A stretch of 64,000 bases of DNA from Lingula anatina (Eukaryota > Animalia > Brachiopoda): assembly GCA_051362555.1 (NCBI GenBank), contig CM120644.1:21536534-21600533 (forward strand), in the 5' to 3' direction. The notes under the pieces were generated by a model that had not been told where the DNA came from, searched no databases, and worked only from the letters and a program-made list of their open reading frames with translations. The position numbers and the translations under genes were made by a program. Positions 10,337 through 22,300 of this stretch are shown here, one piece after another; the stretch's first letter is position 1; every line of letters starts with the position of its first letter.

Positions 10337-11436
10337 CCCTCACCACAGTTACCATCTGCACACATAACTACAAACAGATGTGGTAGGATCTACCTGGTAG
10401 ATTTTGTAAGCTGGGTAAGTGAATACTCCTCATGGCTTCATTCTGGATTGTCCCACAGAGACAATGATGCCGGAAATCTCATGAATTTTTACCTTTCAAA
10501 GTCCATATTGCACTAATTTCTTGGTGTAATCCTCAGAATACATCGTTTTTTGAAGTTTTGTATGTATTAACTGCCTGGAGGATTTTAATTCTTTTATTTT
10601 CATGTTCAGTTTTTTGAAAGTTTGTAACTAAACAAGTTGCCAAATGATCAAATGAAAACCAAAGTTTGGCGCCTATAGATCAGTGCTTCTTTTTTAGTGC
10701 ACGAAGTGTGAAGTCTGCAATGCAACTCTTGGATACAGCACGTATCAACACCTGCCCTCTGTTTGGGGTACAGGTATTTCTTTGCTCATAAATTTTCACT
10801 AAATTCTCGGTAGCCATTACTGCGAATGTACTAAAGCCAATTTTTTAAATAAGAAGCTTTTCTAATTTACTTTTGAAGCACAAGATAACATCATAACATT
10901 ATCGAGTGCAAATGTGCCCCGCTTTTAGTACTTTACCAATGAAAAACACCAAATTGTTGAGACCTGTATGTTTGATTAGCTGTCATTTTTGTTATATTTA
11001 TGAGCATTTGATGAAGCGCCATGCACTGATCTAGCTGAAGAATCATAACTAACAGGCAAAATTGGTACACCCCAAGTTTTTTTATATTTGCCTCTTTAAG
11101 GCTAAGTTATTCTGGTGTTTCTTTCACATTTTATGGATTTTGCACGATACTTTTTTTCTTAGAAAGGGGGAGTCACTCATGAGTGCCATATAAGAAGATT
11201 GCTAACTGGGAATTGATCTAAATGAGAATCCAGAGCAAAAAGTCAAACTACTTATGTTGGTTTATCAAAAGAAGGACTTTTTTCAGTACATAATAAATGT
11301 ATCATGCTTGATGGTTTTTTAAAAACTCTGTAGAATAGCTCCTGCACAGGTAGGAATATGCTGATTATACAGGTAGTTTTCAAAGCCCACATGCCTATTC
11401 CCGAGTGATTACAATTCAATAGTTGTGGTCTGCTGA

Positions 11437-12055
11437 CTTTTGGAGGCCATTTTGGAATTTTAAAACCTTAAATGGCAGATACTGATACTACATACATACA
11501 ATGGTATTTTCTAACCATTAAATGATATTTTTATAAAAGACTATACAAATAACTTTCACCTTGAAAGGGTATTTTGGGGGCAATATTGAAATTGGCTGCC
11601 ATATTGGAATTTTCAGACATGCCCCCATATCCAATGTTGCTTAGAATCATGTTCTACATAACTGTGCCAATTTTTATGCTTGTAATTGTAAGTGCTTGAT
11701 GATTTTACAAAACTACTGCATATTTTGCGTAAGTAAACCGCTTATTTTACTTTTGGAGGCCATTTTGGAATTCTATACACCTGTAGAAGCGGATATTGAT
11801 AATTCATTCATAGGCTGATATTTTCCAGCTATAAAATGATATTCTAAACCATTTTAGGACTATATATTAGATGTTTTAATTTAAAAGAGTATTTGTGGCG
11901 GCCATATTGGATTTGGCGGCCATACTGGAATTTTCAGACATGCCCATATATCCAAAAAAGCTTAGAATTCCATTATCTACAACTGTGGCAAATTTCATGC
12001 TTGTAGGTAAAAAACGCACAATTCACCCTTTTTTCTGCACCAATTTCTTGGACTA
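11437..12055 (-). repeat. Right long terminal inverted repeat (about two subrepeats)
   Basis: Reverse complement of the left arm: ATGCTTGTA at ~11677 and ~11997, and TTTTGGAGGCCATTTTGGAAT at ~11438 and ~11751. Confidence 0.85.
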
Positions 12056-15000
12056 TTACTACCTCTGCAAGATGCAGATTACTCCTTTCTGGAAGGGGTT
12101 GTTGTTATCACAATACTCAACAAGGCCCTAAATCTTGCCAAATATCATGTATTGTACACATGGAGAAGACACAGTGCTGCTCTTGGTGGTATCTTTCACT
12201 GCCTGCTTTTTCAGATTTTTCATGGTGAGGGTACTCTGAAAGAAGAACAATATAACTGAAAGGACTGAAAATTATTTTTGAAAAGAAAGACAAATTCAGT
12301 GACTTAATTAAAATAGTTAAACGTTAATAATTTTGTCAAATCTTGTCCAATATTTCTGAAATTTGTACAAATGATGCTTAACAACAATAAAAATTTGTGA
12401 TGAGCTGATCAGTTGACTGTGTCTAATGAAAAGTGTTTTTTGGAACAATAAATTTGGGAGAACTGAAAATTACACTGAAAAGAATGGGATATCGCAGGAC
12501 TTAAAATAGTTAAACAGTAATAATTTTGTCAAATCTTGTCCAATATTTCTGAAATTTGTACAAATGATATTTAACAACAAAAAAAATCTGTGATAAGCTG
12601 ATCAGTTATCTGTGACTAATGAAAAGTGTTTTTTGGGAGAACATATTTGGGAAAACTGAAAATTAAATTGAAAAGACTGGCAAATCCCACTTATTTTGTC
12701 AAATCTAGTCCAATATTTCCGATATTTGTACAAATGATGCTTAACAACAATAAAAATCTGTGATAAGCTGATCAGTTGTCTGTCTCTAATGAAAAGTGTT
12801 TTTTAGGACAATATATTTGTGAAAAACAAAAATTACATTGAAAAGACTGGGAATATGTAGGACTTGAAATAGTTAAACGTTAATAATTTTGTCTAATCTA
12901 GTCCAATATGTCTGAAATTTGTACAAATGATGCTTAACAACAATAAAAATCTGTGATAAGCTGATCAGTTGTCTGTGTCTAATGAAAAGTGTTTTTTGGG
13001 ACAACATATTTGGGAAAACTGAAAATTATATTGAAAAGACTGGCAAATCCCAGGCCTTAAAATAGTTAAACGTTAATAATTTGGTTAAATCTTGTGGAAT
13101 ATTTCTGAAATTTGTACAAATGATGCTTAACAACAATAAAAATCTGTGATAAGTTGATCAGTTGTCTGTTTCTAATGAAAAGTGTTTTTTAGGACAATAT
13201 ATTTTCGAAAAAACCAAAAATTACATTGAAAAGACTGGGAATTTGCAGGACTTGAAATAGTTAAACGTTAATAATTTTGTCAAATCTAGTCCAATATGTC
13301 TGAAATTTGTGCAAATGATGCTTAACAACAATTTAAATCTGTGATAAGCTGATCAGTTGTCTGTGTCTAATGAAAAGTGTTTTTACGACAATATATTTAC
13401 GAAAAATCAAAAATTACATTGAAAAGACTGGGAATTTGCAGGACTTAAAAAAGTTAAACGTTAATAATTTTTTCAAATCTAGTCCAATATTTATGAAATT
13501 TGTACAAATAATGCTTAACAACAATAAAAATCTGTGATAAGCTGATCAGTTGTCTGTGTCCAATGAAAAGTGTTTTTTGGGATAACATATTTGGGAAAAC
13601 TGAAAATTACATTGAAAACACTGGCAAATCCCAGGCCTTAAAATTGTTAAACGTTAATAATTTTGTCAAGTCTTGTGGAATATTTCTGAAATTTGTACAA
13701 ATGATGCTTAACAATAATAAAAGTCTGTGATAAGCTGATCAGTTATCTGAGTCTTTTTTTTTAAGTGTCAAGCGTATGGGAAATTGATCATCAGAAGAGT
13801 GAGAATTAACCAAAACAAATATTTCAATATTGCAATGTATTATTTACTCTGAAAGTAAACAGCAAATGTGATGATTTGAGGTTGTTTGTGTAAGAGGTTG
13901 CAAATTACCTATAACTGTCATCTGGAAAACAATATATACCCATACAAGAGTTCTCCTTACTACCTCTGCAAGATGCAGATTACTCCTTTCTGGAAGGGGT
14001 TGTTGTTATCACAATACTCAACAAGGCCCTAAATCTTGTCAAATATCATGTATTGTACACATGGAGAAGACACAGTGCTGCTCTTGGTGGAATCTTTCAC
14101 TGCCTGCTTTTTTCAGATTTTTCATGGTGAGGGTACTCTGAAAGAAGAACAATATAACTGAAAGGACTGAAAATTATTTTTGAAAAGAAAGACAAATTCA
14201 GTGACTTAATTAAAATAGTTAAACGTTAATAATTTTGTCAAATCTTGTCCAATATTTCTGAAATTTGTACAAATGATGCTTAACAACAATAAAAATCTGT
14301 GATAAGCTGATCAGTTGACTGTGTCTAATGAAAAGTGTTTTTTGGAACAATAAATTTGGGAGAACTGAAAATTACACTGAAAAGACTGGGAAATCGCAGG
14401 ACTTCAAATAGTTAAACGTTAATAATTTTGTTAAATCTTGTCCAATATTTTTGAAATTTGTACAAATGATGCTTAACAACAATAAAAATCTGTGATAAGC
14501 TGAACAGTTATCGGAGTCTTTTTCTTTAAGTGTCAAGTGTATGGGAAATTGATCATCAGAAGAGTGAGAATTAACCAAAACAAATATTTCAATATTGCAA
14601 TGTATTATTTACTCTGAAAGTAAACAGCAAATGTGATGATTTGAGGTTGTTTGTGTAAGAGGTTGCAAATTACTTACAACTGTCATCTGGAAAACAATAT
14701 ATACTCATACAAGAGTTCTCCTTACTACCTCTGCAAGATGCAGATTACTCCTTTCTGGAAGGGGTTGTTGTTATCACAATACTCAACAAGGCCCTAAATC
14801 TTGCCAAATATCATGTATTGTACACATGGAGAAGAAACAGTGCTGCTCTTGGTGGTATCTTTCACTGCCTGCTTTTTCAGCTTTTTCATGGTGAGGCTAC
14901 TCTGAAACAAGAACAATATAACTGAAATGACTGAAAATTACATTTGAAAAGAATGACAAATTCGGTGACTTAATTAAAATAGTTAAACGTTAATAATTTT

Positions 15001-18000
15001 GTCAAATCTTGTCCAATATTTCTGAAATTTGTACAAATGATGCTTAACAACAATAAAAATCTGTGATAAGCTGATCACTTGTCTGTTTCTAATGAAAAGT
15101 GCTTTTAAGGACAATATATTTGCGAAAACCAAAAATAACATTGAAAAGACTGGGATTTTGCAGGACTTAAAATAGTTAAACTTTAATAATTTTGTCAAAT
15201 CTTGTCCAATATTTCTGAAATTTGTACAAATGATGCTTAACAACAATAAAAATCTGTGATAAGCTGATCAGTTGACTGTGTCTAATGAAAAGTGTTTTTT
15301 GGAACAATATATTTGGGAGAACTGAAAATTACACTGAAAAGACTTGGAAATCGCAGGACTTAAAATAGTTAAACGTTAATAATTTTGTCAAATCTTGTCC
15401 AATATTTCTGAAATTTGTGCAAATGATGCTTAACAACAATAAAAATCTGTGATAAGCTGATCAGTTGTCTGTATTGAATGAAAAGTGTTTTTTAGGACAA
15501 TATATTTGCAAAAACCAAAAATTACATTGAAAGGACTGGGATTTTGCAGGACTTAAAATAGTTAAACTTTAATAATTTTGTCAAATCTTGTCCAATATTT
15601 CTGAAATTTGTGCAAATGATGCTTAACAACAATAAAAATCTGTGATAAGCTGATCAGTTGACTGTGTCTAATGAAAAGTGTTTTTTGGAACAATAAATTT
15701 GGGAGAACTGAAAATTACACTGAAAAGACTGGGAAATCGCAGGACTTCAAATAGTTAAACGTTAATAATTTTGTTAAATCTTGTCCAATATTTTTGAAAT
15801 TTGTACAAATGATGCTTAACAACAATAAAAATCTGTGATAAGCTGAACAGTTATCGGAGTCTTTTTCTTTAAGTGTCAAGTGTATGGGAAATTGATCATC
15901 AAAAGAGTGAGAATTAACCAAAACAAATATTTCAATATTGCAATGTATTATTTACTCTGAAAGTAAACAGCAAATGTGATGATTTGAGGTTGTTTGTGTA
16001 AGAGGTTGCAAATTACTTACAACTGTCATCTGGAAAACAATATATACTCATACAAGAGTTCTCCTTACTACCTCTGCAAGATGCAGATTACTCCTTTCTG
16101 GAAGGGGTTGTTGTTATCACAATACTCAACAAGGCCCTAAATCTTGCCAAATATCATGTATTGTACACATGGAGAAGAAACAGTGCTGCTCTTGGTGGTA
16201 TCTTTCACTGCCTGCTTTTTCAGCTTTTTCATGGTGAGGCTACTCTGAAACAAGAACAATATAACTGAAATGACTGAAAATTACATTTGAAAAGAATGAC
16301 AAATTCGGTGACTTAATTAAAATAGTTAAACATTAATAATTTTGTCAAATCTTGTCCAATATTTCTGAAATTTGTACAAATGATGCTTAACAACAATAAA
16401 AATCTGTGATAAGCTGATCAGTTTACTGTGTCTAATGAAAAATGTTTTTTGGAACAATATATTTGGGAGAACTGAAAATTACACTGAAAAGACTTGGAAA
16501 TCGCAGGACTTAAAATAGTTAAACGTTAATAATTTTGTCAAATCTTGTCCAATATTTCTGAATTTGTGCAAATGATGCTTAACAACAATAAAAATCTGTG
16601 ATAAGCTGATCAGTTGTCTGTATTGAATGAAAAATGTTTTTTAGGACAATATATTTGCAAAAACCAAAAATTACATTGAAAGGACTGGGATTTTGCAGGA
16701 CTTAAAATAGTTAAACTTTAATAATTTTGTCAAATCTTGTCCAATATTTCTGAAATTTGTGCAAATGATGCTTAACAACAATAAAAATCTGTGATAAGCT
16801 GATCAGTTGACTGTGTTTAATGAAAAGTGTTTTTTGGAACAATATATTTGGGAGAACTGAAAATTACACTGAAAAGACTGGGAAATCGCGGGCCTTAAAA
16901 TAGTTAAACGTTAATAATTTTGTCAAATCTTGTCCAATATTTCTGAAATTTGTGCAAATGATGCTTAACAACAATAAAAATTTGTGATAAGCTGATCATT
17001 TGTCTGTATTGAATGAAAAGTGTTTTTTGGAACAATATATTTGGGAGAACTGAAAATTACACTGAAAAGACTTGGAAATCGCAGGACTTAAAATAGTTAA
17101 ACGTTAATAATTTTGTCAAATCTTGTCCAATATTTCTGAAATTTGTGCAAATGATGCTTAACAACAATAAAAATCTGTGATAAGCTGATCAGTTGTCTGT
17201 ATTGAATGAAAAGTGTTTTTTAGGACAATATATTTGCAAAAACCAAAAATTACATTGAAAGGACTGGGATTTTGCAGGACTTAAAATAGTTAAACTTTAA
17301 TAATTTTGTCAAATCTTGTCCAATATTTCTGAAATTTGTGCAAATGATGCTTAACAACAATAAAAATCTGTGATAAGCTGATCAGTTGACTGTGTCTAAT
17401 GAAAAGTGTTTTTTGGAACAATATATTTGGGAGAACTGAAAATTACACTGAAAAGACTGGGAAATCGCGGGCCTTAAAATAGTTAAACGTTAATAATTTT
17501 GTCAAATCTTGTCCAATATTTCTGAAATTTGTGCAAATGATGCTTAACAACAATAAAAATCTGTGATAAGCTGATCATTTGTCTGTGTCTAATGAAAAAT
17601 GTTTTTTGGGACAACATATTTGGGAAAACTGAAAATTACATTGAAAAGACTGGCAAATCCCAGGATTTAAAATAGTTAAACTTTAATAATTTTGTCAAAT
17701 CTTGTGGAATATTTCTGGAATTTGTACAAATGATGCTTAACAATAATAAAATCTGTGATAAGCTGATCAGTTATCTGAGTCTTTTTTTTTAAGTGTCAAG
17801 TGTATGGGAAATTGATCATCAGAAGAGTGAGAATTAACCAAAACAAATATTTCAATATTGCAATGTATTATTTACTCTGAAAGTAAACAGCAAATGTGAT
17901 GATTTGAGGTTGTTTGTGTAAGAGGTTGCAAATAACCTATAACTGTCATCTGGAAAACAATATATACCCATACAAGAGTTCTCCTTACTACCTCTGCAAG

Positions 18001-19374
18001 ATGCAGATTACTCCTTTCTGGAAGGGGTTGTTGTTATCACAATACTCAACAAGGCCCTAAATCTTGCCAAATATCATGTATTGTACACATGGAGAAGAAA
18101 CAGTGCTGCTCTTGGTGGTATCTTTCACTGCCTGCTTTTTCAGCTTTTTCATGGTAAGGGTACTCTGAAACAAGAACAATATAACTGAAATGACTGAAAA
18201 TTACATTTGAAAAGAATGACAAATTCGGTGACTTAATTAAAATAGTTAAACATTAATAATTTTGTCAAATCTTGTCCAATATTTCTGAAATTTGTACAAA
18301 TGATGCTTAACAACAATAAAAATCTGTGATAAGCTGATCAGTTGACTGTGTCTAATGAAAAATGTTTTTGGAACAATATATTTGGGAGAACTGAAAATTA
18401 CACTGAAAAGACTTGGAAATCGCGGGACTTAAAATAGATAAACGTTAATAATTTTGTCAAATCTTGTCCAATATTTCTGAAATTTGTGCAAATGATGCTT
18501 AACAACAATAAAAATCTGTGATAAGCTGATCAGTTGTCTGTATTGAATGAAAAGTGTTTTTTTGGACAATATATTTGCAAAAACCAAAAATTACATTGAA
18601 AGGACTGGGATTTTGCAGGACTTAAAATAGTTAAACTTTAATAATTTTGTCAAATCTTGTCCAATATTTCTGAAATTTGTGCAAATGATGCTTACCAACA
18701 ATAAAAATTTGTGATAAGCTGATCATTTGTCTGTGTCTAATGAAAAGTGTTTTTTGGGATAACATATTTGGGAAAACTGAAAATTACATTGAAAAGACTG
18801 GCAAATCCCAGGATTTAAAATAGTTAAACATTAATAATTTTGTCAAATCTTGTGGAATATTTCTGAAATTTGTACAAATGATGCTTAACAATAATAAAAA
18901 TCTGTGATAAGCTGATCAGTTATCTGAGTCTTTTTATTAAGTGTCAAGTGTATGGGAAATTGATCATCAGAAGAGTGAGAATTAACCAAAACAAATATTT
19001 CAATATTGCAATGTATCATTTACTCTGAAAGTAAACAGCACATGTGATGATTTGAGGTTGTTTGTGTAAGAGGTTGCAAATTACCTATAACTGTCATCTG
19101 GAAAACAATATATACCAATACAAGAGTTCTCCTTACTACCTCTGCAAGATGCAGATTACTCCTTTCTGGAAGGGGTTGTTGTTATCACAATACTCAACAA
19201 GGCCCTAAATCTTGCCAAATATCATGTATTGTACACATGGAGAAGAAACAGTGCTGCTCTTGGTGGTATCTTTCACTGCCTGCTTTTTCAGCTTTTTCAT
19301 GGTGAGGGTACTCTGAAACAAGAACAATATAACTGAAAGGACTGAAAATTACATTTGAAAAGAATGACAAATTC

Positions 19375-22300
19375 GGTGACTTAATTAAAATAGTTAAACG
19401 TTAATAATTTTGTCAAATCTAGTCCAATATTTCTGAAATTTGTACAAATGATGCTTAACAACAATAAAAATCTGTGATAAGCTGATCACTTGTCTGTTTT
19501 TAATGAAAAGTGCTTTTAAGGACAATATATTTGCGAAAACCAAAAATAACATTGAAAAGACAGGGATTTTGCAGGATTTAAAATAGTTAAACTTTAATAA
19601 TTTTGTCAAATCTTGTCCAATATTTCTGAAATTTGTACAAATGATGCTTAACAACAATAAAAATCTGTGATAAGCTGATCAGTTGACTGTGTCTAATGAA
19701 AAGTGTTTTTTGGAACAATATATTTGGGAGAACTGAAAATTACACTGAAAAGACTGGGAAATCGCGGGACTTAAAATAGTTAAACGTTAATAATTTTGTC
19801 AAATCTTGTCCAATATTTCTGAAATTTGTGCAAATGATGCTTAACAACAATAAAAATCTGTGATAAGCTGATCACTTGTCTGTATTGAATGAAAAGTGTT
19901 TTTTAGGGCAATATATTTGTGAAAACCAAAAATAACATAGAAAAGACTGGGATTTTGCAGGACTTAAAATAGTTAAACTTTAATAATTTTGTCAAATCTT
20001 GTCCAATATTTCTGAAATTTGTGCAATTGATGCTTAACAACAATAAAAATTTGTGATAAGCTGATCATTTGTCTGTGTCTAATGAAAAGTGTTTTTTGGG
20101 ATAACATATTTGGGAAAAGTGATAATTACATTGAAAAGACTGGCAAATCCCAGGATTTAAAATAGTTAAACGTTAATAATTTTGTCAAATCTTGTGGAAT
20201 ATTTCTGAAATTTGTACAAATGATGCTTAACAATAATAAAAATCTGTGATAAGCTGATCAGTTATCTGAGTCTTTTTTTTAAGTGTCAAGTGTATGGGAA
20301 ATTGATCATCAGAAGAGTGAGAATTAACCAAAACAAATATTTCAATATTACAATGTATCATTTACTCTGAAAGTAAACAGCACATGTGATGATTTGAGGT
20401 TGTTTGTGTAAGAGGTTGCAAATTACCTATAACTGTCATCTGGAAAACAATATATACCAATACAAGAGTTCTCCTTACTACCTCTGCAAGATGCAGATTA
20501 CTCCTTTCTGGAAGGGGTTGTTGTTATCACAATACTCAACAAGGCCCTAAATCTTGCCAAATATCATGTATTGTACACATGGAGAAGAAACAGTGCTGCT
20601 CTTGGTGGTATCTTTCACTGCCTGCTTTTTCAGCTTTTTCATGGTGAGGGTACTCTGAAACAAGAACAATATAACTGAAAGGACTGAAAATTACATTTGA
20701 AAAGAATGACAAATTCGGTGACTTAATTAAAATAGTTTAACGTTAATAATTTTGTCAAATCTAGTCCAATGTTTCTGAAATTTGTACAAATGATGCTTAA
20801 CAACAATAAAAATCTGTGATAAGCTGATCACTTGTCTGTTTCTAATGAAAAGTACTTTTAAGGACAATATATTTGCGAAAACCAAAAATAACTTTGAAAA
20901 GACAGGGATTTTGCAGGACTTAAAATAGTTAAACTTTAATAATTTTGTCAAATCTTGTCCAATATTTCTGAAATTTGTACAAATGATGCTTAACAACAAT
21001 AAAAATCTGTGATAAGCTGATCAGTTGACTGTGTCTAATGAAAAGTGTTTTTTGGAACAATATATTTGGGAGAACTGAAAATTACACTGAAAAGACTTGG
21101 AAATCGCGGGACTTAAAATAGTTAAACGTTAATAATTTTGTCAAATCTTGTCCAATATTTCTGAAATTTGTACAAATGATGCTTAACAACAATAAAAATC
21201 TGTGATAAGCTGATCAGTTGACTGTGTCTAATGAGAAGTGTTTTTTGGAACAATATATTTGGGAGAACTGAAAATTACACTGAAAAGACTTGGAAATCGC
21301 AGGACTTAAAATAGTTAAACGTTAATAATTTTGTCAAATCTTGTCCAATATTTCTGAAATTTGTGCAAATGATGCTTAACAACAATAAAAATCTGTGATA
21401 AGCTGATCAGTTGTCTGTATTGAATGAAAAGTGTTTTTTAGGACAATATATTTGCAAAAACCAAAAATTACATTGAAAGGACTGGGATTTTGCAGGACTT
21501 AAAATAGTTAAACTTTAATAATTTTGTCAAATCTTGTCCAATATTTCTGAAATTTGTGCAAATGATGCTTAACAACAATAAAAATCTGTGATAAGCTGAT
21601 CAGTTGACCGTGTCTAATGAAAAGTGTTTTTTGGAACAATATATTTGGGAGAACTGAAAATTACACTGAAAAGACTGAGAAATCGCGGGCCTTAAAATAG
21701 TTAAACGTTAATAATTTTGTCAAATCTTGTCCAATATTTCTGAAATTTGTGCAAATGATGCTTAACAACAATAAAAATTTGTGATAAGCTGATCATTTGT
21801 CTGTGTCTAATGAAAAGTGTTTTTTGGGATAACATATTTGGGAAAAGTGATAATTACATTGAAAAGACTGGCAAATCCCAGGATTTAAAATAGTTAAACG
21901 TTAATAATTTTGTCAAATCTTGTGGAATATTTCTGAAATTTGTACAAATGATGCTTAAGAATAATAAAAATCTGTGATAAGCTGATTAGTTATCTGAGCC
22001 TTTTTTTTAAGTGTCAAGTGTATGGGAAATTGATCATCAGAAGAGTGAGAATTAACCAAAACAAATATTTCAATATTGCAATGTATCATTTACTCTGAAA
22101 GTAAACAGCACATGTGATGATTTGAGGTTGTTTGTGTAAGAGGTTGCAAATTACCTATAACTGTCATCTGGAAAACAATATATACCAATACAAGAGTTCT
22201 CCTTACTACCTCTGCAAGATGCAGATTACTCCTTTCTGGAAGGGGTTGTTGTTATCACAATACTCAACAAGGCCCTAAATCTTGCCAAATATCATGTATT

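Larger units (their letters stand above)
8553..12055. mobile_element. Non-autonomous DNA transposon, Academ-like, 3503 bp, inserted in a satellite insert block
   Basis: Termini are TAGTCCAGGAAATTGGTG...CACCAATTTCTTGGACTA, with a TTA duplication at 8550-8552 and 12056-12058. The empty site CTCC-TTA-CTACCTC is seen in every other complete copy of the block. TAG/CTA ends with a 3-bp TSD fit the Academ superfamily. There is no long ORF. Confidence 0.9.

Noticed and set aside
8757-12131. ORFs MEAILDLKAIF... and MAAILDLAAILEF...
   Set aside because: They are translations of the transposon's inverted subrepeats (AAAATGGCC/GGCCATTTT motifs), not a transposase.
20386-20658. C/D box snoRNA in the insert (GTGATGA ... 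CTGA)
   Set aside because: The candidate C box and the next CTGA are ~270 bp apart, with no terminal stem and no recognisable rRNA guide. Such short motifs are expected by chance.
21095-21111. CENP-B-box-like motif ACTTGGAAATCGCGGGA in b-type monomers
   Set aside because: Only 6 of the 9 essential positions of nTTCGnnnnAnnCGGGn match, and the TTCG half is absent.
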